Of a stretch of DNA of 64,000 nucleotides, positions 18,767 to 31,200 are shown piece after piece. The translations under genes and the position numbers were made by a program. Numbering within the stretch: position 1 is the first letter of the stretch; each line of letters starts with the position of its first letter. A model generated the notes under the pieces. That model saw nothing but the letters and a program-made list of their open reading frames with translations, was not told the DNA's origin and did not search any database. The stretch is taken from assembly GCA_963754875.1 (NCBI GenBank), contig CAVWHO010000016.1:64001-128000 (forward strand), in the 5' to 3' direction. The stretch is from Nitrospirota bacterium (GTDB lineage Bacteria; Nitrospirota; UBA9217).

Positions 18767-19699
18767 TTACTTTCCTGCCGCCTTCGTCTTCAACTTGCGT
18801 ACATAGGATGCAGCGCGCATGCCGGCAACGGACCCTTCACCGGCCGCTGCCACGATCTGCATGCCGCCGCAGGTGCAGTCCCCCGCCGCAAACACGCCGT
18901 CGAGGTTCATCCGCTGGTGTTTATCGACAATCAGGCAGCCGCGGTCATCGGTCAGACCTCCTGCCTTCAGGATAAGCTGCGAAATGGGTGTGGAGCCCAT
19001 GGCGATGAACACGCCTTCGAGGTCCAACACGGTCTCCGCGCTGTCGCGGCTGATCCGAAGTCCGGTGACCAGTTCATCGCCGACGACCGCGTGGATCTTT
19101 GAGACCGGCAGAATTTCGACGTTCGATTTGGACTTGAGCCTGTTCATGACCGCAGTCACAACATTGAGTTCCCTGTGCGGGACCATGATCACTTTCTCCG
19201 CGAGGTCGGCCAGGTGAAGCGCTTCTTCTGCCGCTTCATCATCGGCGCCAACGACCGCCACGGTTCGTCCTTTAAAGAAGTTGCCGTCGCAGGTTGCACA
19301 ATAGGACACACCCTTGCCGAGGAACTCCTTGGCGCCGGGCACTTCAAGCTTCTTCCTGGCCACGCCGATTGCGATGATCACAACGTGGGCTTCGTACACC
19401 TCATCACGCGTGCGTACCCGCTTTACCTCGGACTGCAGTTCCATGTCCACGACTTCCACGGGAAAGGTTATCGTCGCGCCGAATTTTTCAGCTTGTTTTG
19501 CCATGATCTGGGTCAAATCCATGCCGTTGATGGTTTCATACCCTGGATAATTTTCGATGTGCGCGATCTTGGCCGTATAACCACCGACGAAATCTTTTTC
19601 CAGCACGATACATTTCTGGCCTGCTCTGCCGAGATAGAGTGCCGCAGTCAGCCCTGCCGGGCCGGAACCGATGATGATTACGTCATAAAACTGTGCCAT
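18767..19699 (-). CDS. trxB: Thioredoxin reductase-like flavoprotein (TrxB fold)
   Basis: GSGPAG, IENYPG, GKGVSYCATCDG and GVFAAGD. NADPH motifs are degenerate (see findings). Confidence 0.85.
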   Translation of the reverse strand: MAQFYDVIIIGSGPAGLTAALYLGRAGQKCIVLEKDFVGGYTAKIAHIENYPGYETINGMDLTQIMAKQAEKFGATITFPVEVVDMELQSEVKRVRTRDEVYEAHVVIIAIGVARKKLEVPGAKEFLGKGVSYCATCDGNFFKGRTVAVVGADDEAAEEALHLADLAEKVIMVPHRELNVVTAVMNRLKSKSNVEILPVSKIHAVVGDELVTGLRISRDSAETVLDLEGVFIAMGSTPISQLILKAGGLTDDRGCLIVDKHQRMNLDGVFAAGDCTCGGMQIVAAAGEGSVAGMRAASYVRKLKTKAAGK

Positions 19700-19895
19700 G
19701 CAAATCCCTCCTTGATGCCGATGAATACTCCATTTTATCCGAGAGCTGGGGACAAGTCAACTGCGTAAACGTTTTTGAAGTTTGAGAGAGCGGGTCCTGT
19801 CCCGGGAGTAACCAGAAAAGTGATGCTTGTTCTCTTCTTGTCTTGCGGAGAACGTCGCGATTCGGGTACTATGGTGCGATGCCAGAGGAGGGTTC

Positions 19896-20069
19896 ATGAC
19901 AAAGGAAAAATTAATTGACGCGATTCGGTCCGGAACGGTTGACAACCGGCTCAGCTGCGAAAAGGCGCATGAGCTGTCTGCTGCGCTGCGCATCCCGTTA
20001 CGGGAGATCGGCGTGCTTTGCAACGAATTGAAAATAAAAATATCCACCTGCCAGCTCGGCTGTTTTTAA
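19896..20069 (+). CDS. Small conserved protein ending in CQLGCF (57 aa)
   Basis: GAGGAGG RBS, ATG at 19896; LSC...IG..CNELKIKISTCQLGCF pattern. Confidence 0.75.
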   Translation: MTKEKLIDAIRSGTVDNRLSCEKAHELSAALRIPLREIGVLCNELKIKISTCQLGCF

Positions 20070-20189
20070 CTTTGGCCACGAACGCGTTCGCTGGTGCACG
20101 GACACGGGCATCTGTCTTAGCCCGTAATGATAAGCGGTGAATGCTCTCGCTGGTTCAAGGTTCACGGGGAAATAGGCCAGGTTGGGGAA

Positions 20190-21348
20190 TCAGGAGATAG
20201 AGGTAGGGCCTGGGGAACTCTGGTCGCCCCTTATGCCGGGCATGGTCAACTTGTCGCAGTAACAGGTGACTCTGTTCTTGCCCAATGATTTCGACCGGTA
20301 GAGAGCTATATCGGCTTCGTGGATCAGCTCGGAGACCGGCTTCATCGAGTCCACTTCCATGGTAGCGACGCCGAGACTGACGGTCACTCTTTCATTCGGG
20401 TGGGCGACTTTTACGGTAAAGGGATACTCATCAACGGATTTTCGTACGCGTTCGGCAACTGCCATGGCTTCTTCGATGTCGGTCTCCGTGAGCAGGACGG
20501 AAAATTCCTCGCCGCCGTACCGGAAGCAGGTGTCAGTGCTGCCGGTCCGGCATGCCGCTTTCAGCAACGGGCCCATCTGCGCGATCAGCCTGCTTCCTTC
20601 GAGGTGCCCGTAGCGGTCATTGATCCGTTTGAAATCGTCAATATCGATCATGATGAACGAAAACTCGCGGCCGGTTCGAAGCTTCCTGCGCACCTCGTCG
20701 TCAAGTTTTTCGAGCAGCACACGGTAGTTTAACATCCCCGTCAATTCATCTACCCGCGAAAGTTCAAGAGTCTTTCGAAAGAGTTCCGCCTTCTCCAACC
20801 CGGCCGAGATGAGGTGGGACAGGGTCCGGAGAAGGTCGAAATCCTCGACCCGAAATGCCGACGTTTTACTATGGCTGAATCCCATGACGCCGACAATGCG
20901 GTTTTCATTCTTGAGCGGAATGCCGATATAACTGCCGTAGTCTTTCTGCTCATCGGGGTGGTGCAGAAAACTATCGAATAGGGCGGTGTCATCCAGAAAG
21001 AGCGGCTCGCCGCTGGCGGCAATAGTGCCCGGCGCCCCGTTATCGAAGTAGATGACGTCCTTCATTTTTGACTGCGAGGAGGGGATTATACAGGAGGATC
21101 GGTTCCAGTCCCGTCAGGTCTTTTTTTACGATGTACACGGAAGCATCTTCAAAAATGATGGTCTTGCCTATGATGGCGACTATTTTTTGGATCAGTTCGG
21201 TCGGTTCGAGTTCCGACGCGATGATTTTCCCGACCTCATAAAAAAGATGAGTCTCCGTCAGTTTTCGGTAGAAGAGGGTCTTGAAATCCCGTTCTCCGGC
21301 AGACGGCGTACCGAGTTTTTCCGCGGTTTTTTTCACTTTTGGCATCAC
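20190..21348 (-). CDS. GAF-GGDEF diguanylate cyclase, split by one frameshift near 21065
   Basis: The N-part ORF 21040-21348 continues into the GAF domain; DELTGMLN, DIDDFKRIND and RYGGEEF. Confidence 0.82.
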
Positions 21349-21639
21349 CCACCTGCTCGATCCATAAAATGGGTACTTCTACAAAAGGAGTATACCACAT
21401 TTTTATTTTTTAAACCACAATTAATTTTCATTTTTTCTGCTTAAAACTTTTTGTTCATTAAAATGCTACTTTCTGTCTGTTCCAGCGGGCAATAGCCGTA
21501 GTTATGGCGGTACTTGACAAGTTTCGCGGGCGCTCGACGGAATCATGGACAGGCCGCATCAGACAGGCCGAATGCCGCTTGGGAAATATGCTCTCTCTAA
21601 AGGACGAGGTCGGCAGTTCCCGTTTCGGCTACTCAAACA

Positions 21640-24240
21640 TCATAACGCTCCAACCGTCTGAACGCCCGTTCTGAAAACGAGATGTCTGTTCTCGCGGTCG
21701 ATAACCACCCGCGTTCCTTCCTTCACTTCCCCGGAAAGGATCTTCGAGGCAAGCGTATTCAAAATTTCCCGCTGGATCACCCGCTTGAGCGGCCGTGCGC
21801 CGTACATGAGGTCGAAGCCATCTTCGGCCATCAGCTCTTTCGCACCGTCGGTAAGTTCGATCTCTATTTTCTTGTCCGCCAGCCGCTTCTGGACCTGACC
21901 GACCTGGATCGCAACGATCTTTTTCAACACCTCCGCATCGAGTGGATGGAAGATGATCGTGTCATCGACGCGGTTCAGGAATTCAGGCCGGAAGTGCTGT
22001 CGCATCGCCTCCGTCACGCGTCTCCGCATCTCGTCCTCGTCGTTCTGGAGGTCCTGAATATATTGACTCCCGATGTTCGACGTCATGATGACCACCGTGT
22101 TCTTAAAATCCACTGTCCGTCCCTGGCCGTCGGTAAGCCTGCCGTCGTCAAGGAGCTGGAGCAAAACGTTAAACACTTCGGGATGCGCTTTCTCGATCTC
22201 GTCGAAGAGAATCACGGCATAGGGCCTGCGACGGACCGCTTCGGTAAGCTGTCCCCCTTCTTCATACCCGACGTATCCGGGAGGAGCTCCGATCAGGCGG
22301 GAAACCGTATGTCGCTCCTGGTATTCGGACATGTCGATGCGTATCATGGCCTGCTCGTCGTCGAAAAGAAACTCGGCAAGCGCACGCGCGAGTTCGGTTT
22401 TGCCCACACCCGTGGGCCCCATGAAGATGAAGCTCCCGATCGGCCGGTTCGGGTCCTGGATCCCTGCGCGGGCACGGCGCACTGCATCGGACACGGCAAT
22501 GATCGCGTCGTCCTGGCCGATGACACGCATGCGCAGGCGGTCCTCCATATGAAGGAGCTTCTGCATCTCGCCCTCGAGCATCTTGCTCACCGGAATACCG
22601 GTCCACTTGGACACGATCTCCGCCACGTCCTCCTCGTCAACTTCCTCTTTCAGGATCTTTGTCTCGGCCTGCACGGCACTCAGTTTGACCGATTCCGCGT
22701 CGAGCTGCTTCTGCAAATCGAGCAGCTTGCCGTAGCGCAGTTCCGCCGCACGGCCGAGATTGCCTTCCCGTTCGGCCTTCTCAGCTTCGATCTTGGCCTT
22801 TTCGATCTGTTCCTTGGTGCCCCGTATTTTCTGGATGCCCTCTTTTTCCGATTGCCACTGCGCCCTGAGGCCGCTTTTCTTTTCACCGAGCTCGGCGATT
22901 TCCTTCTCTATCTTCGCGAGCCGCTCGCGCGAGGCCGGATCATGCTCTTTTTTTACGGCTTCGCGTTCGATCTCGAGCTGCCGCGTCCTGCGTTCGACCT
23001 CATCAAGTTCGGTCGGCATGCTGTCGATCTCCATACGGAGGCGCGAGGCTGCTTCATCTATCAGATCAATGGCCTTGTCGGGAAGGAACCGGTCGGCAAT
23101 ATAGCGGTGCGAAAGGATCGCCGCGCTCACCAGCGCCGCATCCTTGATCTTGACGCCATGGTGGATCTCATAGCGCTCCTTGAGACCGCGCAGAATGGAT
23201 ATTGAGTCCTCGACTGATGGTTCGCGCACAAGTACCGGCTGGAACCGCCGTGCGAGCGCCGGATCTTTCTCAATGTGCTTGCGGTATTCGTTCAAGGTCG
23301 TTGCGCCCACGCACCGGAGTTCGCCGCGGGCAAGGGCCGGTTTCAGCATGTTCGATGCGTCCATGGCGCCTTCGGCTGCCCCTGCTCCCACGACGGTATG
23401 GAGCTCGTCAATGAATAAAATCACCTCGCCGCTCGCTTCGGTCACTTCCTTGAGAACCGCCTTGAGCCGGTCCTCAAATTCGCCGCGGTATTTTGCGCCG
23501 GCAATGAGGGCACCCATGTCGAGCGCAATGACGCGTTTGTCCTTGAGCCCCTCAGGCACGTCACCGGAGACGATACGCTGCGCGAGCCCCTCGGCGATCG
23601 CGGTCTTGCCCACGCCCGGCTCGCCGATAAGCACCGGGTTGTTCTTGGTCCTGCGGGAAAGCACCTGGACCACGCGCCGGATCTCTTCATCCCTGCCGAT
23701 CACGGGATCGAGCTTGCCACGCCTGGCCAGATCGGTCAGATCCCGCCCATAACGGGCCAGGGCCTGGTACTTGTCTTCGGGATTCTGGTCCGTAACACGC
23801 TGGCTGCCGCGGATATCGACGAGGACCGTAAAGATCGCGTCTTTGGTAACCCCGTGCCTCGCAAGAATGTCCCGGGCCGCGCCGTCGCCGTCTGCAGCCG
23901 CGATCAGGAGATGTTCGGTGCTCACATATTCGTCCTTCAGCCGCTCAGCTTCCTGTTCGGCACGCTCGAACAACTTGCCGAGACGCGGAGAGAGATAGGT
24001 CTGCACCAGCCCTTCGACTTTCGGAAGTCTGTTTAAAACATCCTCAATATCCCCCTTGATCCTCCCCGGGTCTGCACCCAGTTTTTTGAGCAGGGGAGGA
24101 ACAACCCCATCCGTCTGCTCAAGCAGCGCGAGCAGGAGATGTTCCGTTTCAATGTGCTGATGATGCCGCTTCGCCGCGCCGTCTTGCGCTGTTTGCAGTG
24201 CCTCTGACGCTTTCAACGTTAATTTATCGAACCGTGCCAT
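21640..24240 (-). CDS. clpB: Chaperone ClpB
   Basis: Two AAA+ domains ([16 protein letters not shown]) and a coiled-coil M domain (AAELRYG). Start placed at MARFDK after a GGAGG RBS. Confidence 0.97.
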   Translation of the reverse strand: MARFDKLTLKASEALQTAQDGAAKRHHQHIETEHLLLALLEQTDGVVPPLLKKLGADPGRIKGDIEDVLNRLPKVEGLVQTYLSPRLGKLFERAEQEAERLKDEYVSTEHLLIAAADGDGAARDILARHGVTKDAIFTVLVDIRGSQRVTDQNPEDKYQALARYGRDLTDLARRGKLDPVIGRDEEIRRVVQVLSRRTKNNPVLIGEPGVGKTAIAEGLAQRIVSGDVPEGLKDKRVIALDMGALIAGAKYRGEFEDRLKAVLKEVTEASGEVILFIDELHTVVGAGAAEGAMDASNMLKPALARGELRCVGATTLNEYRKHIEKDPALARRFQPVLVREPSVEDSISILRGLKERYEIHHGVKIKDAALVSAAILSHRYIADRFLPDKAIDLIDEAASRLRMEIDSMPTELDEVERRTRQLEIEREAVKKEHDPASRERLAKIEKEIAELGEKKSGLRAQWQSEKEGIQKIRGTKEQIEKAKIEAEKAEREGNLGRAAELRYGKLLDLQKQLDAESVKLSAVQAETKILKEEVDEEDVAEIVSKWTGIPVSKMLEGEMQKLLHMEDRLRMRVIGQDDAIIAVSDAVRRARAGIQDPNRPIGSFIFMGPTGVGKTELARALAEFLFDDEQAMIRIDMSEYQERHTVSRLIGAPPGYVGYEEGGQLTEAVRRRPYAVILFDEIEKAHPEVFNVLLQLLDDGRLTDGQGRTVDFKNTVVIMTSNIGSQYIQDLQNDEDEMRRRVTEAMRQHFRPEFLNRVDDTIIFHPLDAEVLKKIVAIQVGQVQKRLADKKIEIELTDGAKELMAEDGFDLMYGARPLKRVIQREILNTLASKILSGEVKEGTRVVIDRENRHLVFRTGVQTVGAL

Positions 24241-24348
24241 GCTAACCTCCGTATGAATCAACGAGAGACGACAAATCCTGATGGATATCGTTCGCTGCGC
24301 TCACTCGGATGATGGACGAAAACCTTTGCGCCCTTCATCCTTCGTCCC

Positions 24349-24729
24349 TCATCCCTCGTTTCTAATAATCCGGATCCTTCTCACCGGCACGAGGGCGTTC
24401 CGCAGCTCTTCCCTGCGCCTCATCTCGCGGGCAAGTTCCTCGCGGAGCTGCAGAATAGTATCCTCCATTTCCTTCTGCATCTGCTCCATTTTCTCGCGCA
24501 TCGAGAGAATAACTTCCACACCGGCGAGGTTCACGCCGAGTTCCCTCGTGAGCCGCAGGATCATCTCGAGCTTTTCTACGTCTTCCTCGGAATAAAGCCG
24601 CGTGTTCCCATCGCTCCGCTTGGGCTTGATGAATCCCTCACGCTCGTAAAGCCTGAGTGTCTGGGGATGGATCCCCAGCATCTCCGACACGACGCTGATC
24701 ATGAATAGCCGGTGCTCACGCGATGCCAT
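24349..24729 (-). CDS. hspR: MerR-family heat-shock repressor HspR
   Basis: ISVVSEMLGIHPQTLRLYEREG, RLYS and GVNLAGVEVIL; lies between dnaJ and clpB. Confidence 0.88.
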   Translation of the reverse strand: MASREHRLFMISVVSEMLGIHPQTLRLYEREGFIKPKRSDGNTRLYSEEDVEKLEMILRLTRELGVNLAGVEVILSMREKMEQMQKEMEDTILQLREELAREMRRREELRNALVPVRRIRIIRNEG

Positions 24730-24804
24730 AATTTGTTCCTTTTGTACCAAGACAACCATGTTGCCGTTTTTTTATTTACGCCGACGCGGTCGGCTCGCTC
24801 CACA

Positions 24805-25935
24805 TTACCTTTTCCTGAACCCCCTGAAGGTAATAGCGCTCCTCGGGTTGGAAGGGTGTAATCGGTCAAGCTCCCGAAGGAGTTCCTTGCCTCGATCAGA
24901 AAGTCCTATCGGCGTAACGACTTTAATCGTCACGTAGTGGTCACCTACGCCTACGCCGCCGAAATGGGGCACGCCTTTGCCTTTCAGTTTCATCTGTTGG
25001 CCCGTCTGCACCCCCTCCGGAAGGGTCAGAGATACGATTCCGTCAACCGTCGGGATCTCGATTTTCTCTCCCAGCGCAGCTTCCTTGACGGTAACGCTTG
25101 ATTCCGAATACAGATTATCGCCTTTCCGTTCGAAATAGGGGTGCGACCTCACCTTGGTTACAATATATACATCACCCGGAGGTCCGCCTTTTTCGCCGGG
25201 ACCGCCTAAGCCTGCCATACGTACTTTGGAACCGTTGTCAACACCCGGAGGGATCTTCACACTGATCCGGTCCGCCTTGGACGTAACTCCCCGGCCCGCG
25301 CAGTTCTTGCAAGGATTCTGATTGATTGTTCCTTCGCCGCGGCAGGTGGGACAGGGCTGCGCGATTTGCATGAATCCTCTGCCCTGCGAGATGCTCCCTG
25401 TGCCCATACACGTCGGGCAGGTACGGGGCGTGGTCCCCGGCTGCGCACCTGAGCCGTTGCAGACCGTACACGTTACTTCACGCTGAAGGTCAACCTGCAT
25501 GGTTTTACCGAGGATTGCATCCTCCAGGTCGACCTCGACGGCATAGGTAATGTCCTCACCTTTTACCGGTCCCCGCTGTCTTGCGCGCTCACTGAATATA
25601 TTGCCGAATATGTCCTCAAAGCCGCGAACGCCGGAAAAACCAGCGTTGCGCCCAAACCCTTCAAACCCCTGCCCAGGACCGGCACCTTGTCCAAAACTCT
25701 GATCAAATGCAGCATGGCCGAACTGATCGTACTGCTTTTTCTTTTTTGCGTCCGAGAGTACCTCATAAGCTTCATTGATTTCCTTAAACTTCCCCTCGGA
25801 AACTTTATCTCCAGGGTTGACATCTGGATGGTATTTTCTCGCGAGTTTTCTGAATGCCTTCTTTATTTCAGATTCAGTAGCGCCTTTTTTTATGCCGAGG
25901 AGCTCGTAATAATCTTTTTTTGTCGTTGGTCCCAT
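24805..25935 (-). CDS. dnaJ: Chaperone DnaJ
   Basis: HPD J-domain, G/F region and four CxxCxGxG repeats. Confidence 0.96.
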   Translation of the reverse strand: MGPTTKKDYYELLGIKKGATESEIKKAFRKLARKYHPDVNPGDKVSEGKFKEINEAYEVLSDAKKKKQYDQFGHAAFDQSFGQGAGPGQGFEGFGRNAGFSGVRGFEDIFGNIFSERARQRGPVKGEDITYAVEVDLEDAILGKTMQVDLQREVTCTVCNGSGAQPGTTPRTCPTCMGTGSISQGRGFMQIAQPCPTCRGEGTINQNPCKNCAGRGVTSKADRISVKIPPGVDNGSKVRMAGLGGPGEKGGPPGDVYIVTKVRSHPYFERKGDNLYSESSVTVKEAALGEKIEIPTVDGIVSLTLPEGVQTGQQMKLKGKGVPHFGGVGVGDHYVTIKVVTPIGLSDRGKELLRELDRLHPSNPRSAITFRGFRKR

Positions 25936-25972
25936 AATGTATGCATACCTCTAATAATGTTATTATGTTAGT

Positions 25973-26002
25973 ATTATAAAATATGAGTGCATCATTGTCA
26001 AG
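25973..26002 (-). promoter_or_regulatory. Consensus sigma70 promoter of dnaJ-hspR-clpB overlapped by a HAIR-like operator
   Basis: TTGACA (26001-25996), 17 nt, TATAAT (25978-25973); CTTGACA-N7-ACTCATA spans the -35 box. Confidence 0.75.
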
Positions 26003-26129
26003 TATAGCAAAAAAAATTATGGTAGCGTATAACCACCATAAAGCAATACTTTCAAAAAAATGAGTACTATTACCCACTTTTATATACTTTTTAGCATTTT
26101 TTACATCAAACTAACTATTTCTTGACTGT

Positions 26130-26816
26130 TTATAGGTTATTTTTCAAATTGTCATAAGCTTTTTTTGCAACTTCCCTTACTTCCAAATCCTCAAATCCAT
26201 CATTTCTATATACCCAAACCACGGCTCCATCCTGCTTCAGATTCTCAACCTGGCAGATTATTTTTTTAAAATCCTGAGGGCTAAACCGTTCTTTTAACAG
26301 AGGTACAATTTCAAGAGCATAAATTCTGGCAAGCGGATCTTCCTCAGCAAGTCCGCGCAAAACCACGCTCTTGAACGGCACGATCGACTCGGGACGGGCC
26401 TCGGAGATCTTTTTCAGTGCATAGAGAACTCCGGGTCTGAAGACGCGTTCGTCAATTGCGAATATTTCGGCAATTAAGGGGATAACATCCGACATTTTTA
26501 CCGGATCAGCGCTGACAATTTCTCCCAGAATCTCAGGAGCTGACCATCCAATACCGCCGGATTCATCTGACAGGGACCATAACAGCTTCCGGATGGCATC
26601 TCGGAGGAAATCATAGTTGTTCTTTACGAACAGCGACGAAACGTGACCGATTGCCTTGATTGCCCGCCAGCCGACGAGCGTGGTCTTGTCATAGGAAAGC
26701 CGGACCAGAACGCTAAACACCTTCCTGCTCTGCAAGGCCAACGTTGTGACGGTTTCGTAATCATTTGCTTCCAGAGCATGCACAAGCGTCTGCTTCATTT
26801 CCAGCTGGGTTAACAT
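26130..26816 (-). CDS. HEAT-repeat protein (DVU0298-like)
   Basis: LLWSLSDESGGIGWSAPEILGEI motif. Confidence 0.75.
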   Translation of the reverse strand: MLTQLEMKQTLVHALEANDYETVTTLALQSRKVFSVLVRLSYDKTTLVGWRAIKAIGHVSSLFVKNNYDFLRDAIRKLLWSLSDESGGIGWSAPEILGEIVSADPVKMSDVIPLIAEIFAIDERVFRPGVLYALKKISEARPESIVPFKSVVLRGLAEEDPLARIYALEIVPLLKERFSPQDFKKIICQVENLKQDGAVVWVYRNDGFEDLEVREVAKKAYDNLKNNL

Positions 26817-26830
26817 CGTTCACCTGCAAT

Positions 26831-27337
26831 CTACACACGGACCTCTTTGAAGGTAATCAACTCCGACAGTGTCATGGCCAGCCATGCCATGACCTGGACC
26901 GCGATGGGCAGGACCAGGCTGGAGAAAACTGCCATGGCGGCCCGGTTCTTCGAGGTCTTCTGTTCCTGCAGAACAGGCCCCTTGGCCGTTGTCAAGGCAT
27001 AATTCAGCAGGATGGCGAGGGGCAGATAGGCAAGGACCCGAAAATAGAATTTCGTCTGGAGAATGACTAAAATCGCAACGAGGAGGACCACCTCAATGAA
27101 GGTGATAAGAGCTGTTCTTTTCATTGAAAGCTGCCATATTTTTTTAGAAAGGAAATATTTAACAACCAGCGTCAGGCCTACGCCGATCACAAACATTGTC
27201 GAGACGAATACGAATGTGCAGAAACATCCCACTTCCACGGCGCTTGCGGACGACGGATATGCCAAGAGTCCCGCAATAAGGACTGCAGTGCAAAAAAAGG
27301 AATTTAACCCCGCCTTGAGCCTCCCCTGAACATCCAT
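26831..27337 (-). CDS. Hypothetical membrane protein
   Basis: GGGAGG RBS; 4-5 hydrophobic segments. Confidence 0.65.
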   Translation of the reverse strand: MDVQGRLKAGLNSFFCTAVLIAGLLAYPSSASAVEVGCFCTFVFVSTMFVIGVGLTLVVKYFLSKKIWQLSMKRTALITFIEVVLLVAILVILQTKFYFRVLAYLPLAILLNYALTTAKGPVLQEQKTSKNRAAMAVFSSLVLPIAVQVMAWLAMTLSELITFKEVRV

Positions 27338-27708
27338 ACGGACCTCCCTTGAAAAAAGGCCGCTCCTCCCCTTTTGATGAGCGTACCCGCGGAACTAGGC
27401 TTGCCCTTTCCGGCAACAGACACCTTGCCCAGAATATTAATGAATGCGGTTCTTCTTGTCAAAGGAATTCGCAATAAAATGCAGCAGGACATGCCGATCA
27501 CGTGAATTTTTGTTACAACTTTATGAGCTGCCCTCAAGAGGAAGGCGTGAAATACTCTATGACCAGTGCTTTTGCTTTAAGCGAATAAATATAATCGAGG
27601 GGAAAATCAGGCTCCCTCAACTTTTTCATTTTTCGACTTGCGTCGCGACGGCTACGAACCGCCCCAACTTCGGCCCATTATTATCTTCATGCCGCACGCC
27701 CTTTCCTA

Positions 27709-27936
27709 TCACGGCCCTTTTTTATGACAGATGAGGCATTGCTCTTTGGGCGGATGAGTCGCCTTGAGCGGGGCCAGTTTGCCCGGAGCATGGCAATCTA
27801 TGCAGGAAGCGTCGGTGGCCGCGTTTTTATGGCGTTCGTCCTGCGGAACAGGAGGAACTTTATGGTTCGAAGACAGGTAAAAGAGAAAGATCAGAATAAA
27901 AGCAGCTACGACAATAAGTATGCGGCTACTTTTCAC
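27709..27936 (-). CDS. Small dihaem c-type cytochrome
   Basis: GTG start after AGGAGG; N-terminal anchor or signal; CIDCH and CLICH, each preceded by a His. Confidence 0.8.
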   Translation of the reverse strand: MKSSRILIVVAAFILIFLFYLSSNHKVPPVPQDERHKNAATDASCIDCHAPGKLAPLKATHPPKEQCLICHKKGP

Positions 27937-28218
27937 GGAGACCTCCTGTTTGCAGTAACGGGAAACGACGCCTGCCCGCACGAAATCACGATCCTCGGGC
28001 GATTTTCTGCTCCCCTGATTTTCAGGGTACCGGCATTACGAGTATGCCGGTAACGAGAGCTTCTGTCAAGTCTTCATGAAGCTCACTTCGCCAATTGCAC
28101 GATCTAAACATGGTCAGAGGAGAAGGTTTCTGGTATACTTTTTCTTAGTAACTCTTTTCCTCCACAAACTTCAGACTTCACGCCTCTTCACATCGATTTT
28201 CTTGTATAAGGAGCGTCC

Positions 28219-31200
28219 ATGAACCATTATCGATTCGATGTCGCTATTATCGGGGCCGGACCTGCCGGAGTAGCTGCTGCAGGATCGCTCGCCGGCTCCG
28301 GTATAACCGTGGCTCTGGTTGAAGCTGGTGTGTACGCCGGGGCCGAAAACTGGTCCGGCTGCGTTTACTTCACGGAAAACCTCGCTGAAAAGGATTGTTT
28401 CGGCGCCGAAGCAATAGAGGCGGCCCCTTTTGAACGGCGTATTGCGCGCCGGGGCACTCTTATGCACAACGGGATCGACGTCATCGGCATCGAACTTACG
28501 AGTCTGGAGGCATTCAAGAACTGCTATACCGTTCTCCGCCCTGTCTTCGATCCCTATTTTGCTCATCTTGCCCGGGAGAAGGGCGCGGTCCACATCACCG
28601 GCACGACGGTGACCTCACTCATCAGGAAAGAAGGAAGGGTCGTCGGCGTCATGACGGATCGCGGTCCGCTTTATGCCGGCGTCGTTTTCCTGGCAGAGGG
28701 CGATGCTTCTCACCTTGTCCGGTCGGAGCAACTCGAGAACACCGCGCAGCCGCACTTTCTTCAGGGAGTGAAAGCCGTACTTTCGCTCGCGTCGGAGGAG
28801 ATCGAAAAACGGTTCAAACTCGATCCGGGCAAAGGCGCGGCCTACGAACTGCTCCTTCGGAACCCTTCCCTCTCCGGCAGGACCGCAAAACTGAACGTCG
28901 GCGGTTTCCTGTACACAAACCGGGACAGCCTTTCGATGGGCTACGTTGTCCCCCTCGACAATCTGCGGGACTATTACCGTGGCAGCCACGACATGCTCTT
29001 TGAATGGATGCGAGGCCTTCCGTATCTCCGGGAACTGACCGAGGGCGCGGCGCTATCGGCTTACGGCACGAAGATCATCAGAAGCGGTGGATGGCGCGAA
29101 CGGCCCGTGCTCGTTCAAAACGGCCTTGCAGTCGGTGGAGCATCAACGGGCCTCGGCGTGGACATTCCCTTCCCGAACTTCACCGGCCCTGCATCCGCAA
29201 CAGGACTCTATTTCGCGCGGGCAGTCAAAAATATTTTCAAACGAGGGGGCGCCTTTGATGCCAAAACACTGAGCCGGGAATATCTTGAGCCGCTCCTCGA
29301 AAGCGTACATGGGGAAAACTCCCGCTATCTTTCCGCGTGGCCGGGCTATTTCGGGAAATCGAACGTCCTCTTCAGCAGGACCGTGGACATGGCCTGCGGC
29401 AGCGTTCACTTCTTGTCAAAGAAAGATATTGTCGAAACAGGGCGGTTTCTCAGAAACCATGTCCTTTCCGTTCGGGGGATCAAGGAATCAATCGTTGACA
29501 CGATGCATGCAATCAGCGCGCTCAGGCTCTGGAGGCCCCTGGCAAAAACAGTGATCAATCCCCTGACGATCGGTCGCTGGTTCGCCAATCTTTTTAAAAG
29601 AGCGCCCGCCCCGGACCGGAAACTCGGCTTCATCATACAGATTGCCGGAAAAGAAAGGAACGCTGCGTCGCTGCCCTGGCCTACGGGCTCGCTTGTCAGA
29701 CGGCTCTCTCCTGCACTTGTCCTTGCGCTCGAACAGATCTATGCAAATGACAACCGGCCTGCAGAGAAAAAGTTTTCTCACGCTGTCCGGAGTCTTCTGC
29801 AGGGACTCAAGCTGACTGATTTCATAATCCTTCCCGCCTTTGGCTTCGTTCTCGTTTTCTTTGCGCTCGGAACTGCGCTCTGGGATGCCTTTCGTTTCTA
29901 TTTGCTCAAGACGCCTGTGGACAAGCTCCTTGCGGAACCGGTCATGGCGTACAATGAATCCCTAAGGAAAGCGCGTGATCTCGACGCAGTGAAACCCCGG
30001 CAGAGCCTGGAGGCGAAACTGGCGACGAACACCTACCATGTCGGGGACGCGTCGCACATCAGGACGCTCTGGCCCGAGGCTATCCCCGCCCATCCGGACA
30101 TGTCTCAGGCAGCGCTCTGGTGGCTATGCCCTGCGCGGGTCTACGTGTACGACGCTCCACTCGCAGGCCGCGGCAAGGTCACGGTAAACTTCGAGAACTG
30201 TATCAAGTGCGAATCCTGCTGGAGGGCGGAACCTCAACGCGTGCTCTGGGGGCGCCACACAGATCACAAGCTTATTTACCGGCCCGACAGCGCAGCGATA
30301 CCGGTTCTCCTGCATGCTCTTCGGGAAAATCTCCCTTCAAGAAAAGGGACGCATCCGGCGATTGCCCCCCTGGACGAAAAGCTCTGGTACCTGAACGAAG
30401 ACGTGCTGCAGCTTGGACAGGAGGCGTTCAATGCATCATCGGCTTTCATTGATGCCGTTGCAAAGCTGCCCGCTTCGTCCGACCGAGGCAGAAATGCCTG
30501 GCCGCTTTCGCTCGGGAAAAGACTGTCCGAAAAACTCTTGAAGCTCGAAGCCGCTTTCACGAACGACGGCAGATACGCGCAGGCTGAAATTATTCAGGTC
30601 GAAAGGAAAGACATCGAGCTCAAGCTTACGGAAGGAAGACTTCTCCATGCGCTCTATTGCTGCCGCAGGTTTGAGCAGGGCATTCTGTCGTGGGTGCGTG
30701 AGGATGATGGTTATACGATTCCCGCATCAACAGTGAAAAAATATGACCGCACCCTCTCTTACGAAGAAGTCTCCCGCATCTTCCCTGACCGGATCGTAAA
30801 ACAGTGGGAGGAAGAATTCATGCCCGATGCATGGGCAGAAACACTGCGGCAATTCATCCTCGAGCAGCGCGATAAACCGCTTGAGGCAATACGGGCGCTC
30901 TCCTCAGTGAACCCGGCCCTCGGACTGATTGCAGCGCACCAGCTTCTTGCCAATGAACTGCTCACGAAATCGAGTATCGAGCCTGGCCCGGGCATCTGCG
31001 CCGCAGCCGCCGACCATCTCGATATCGAAGAGGAGGGCAGCGGCAGCGTCCGCATAAAAGGCCCCCTGTCACTCGTCCCTATTGCGGCGAGCCGCACCCT
31101 GCTGCTCACGTCCGGTGGGAAAGGATACATTATCCCCCTTGCCGACGCGGGTGTTACGATCTCACACACGCCGACGATCGGGTTCAGGGCTGCGGGATTT

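Noticed and set aside
21682..23205. 507-aa plus-strand ORF and other long antisense ORFs (e.g. 3088-4086, 53664-54797, 58523-59530)
   Set aside because: They are shadows of well-supported genes on the opposite strand in GC-rich DNA and have no motifs of their own.
27340..27430. Structured-looking leader upstream of the membrane protein gene as a riboswitch
   Set aside because: I could not match it to any riboswitch consensus; an Rfam scan would be needed.
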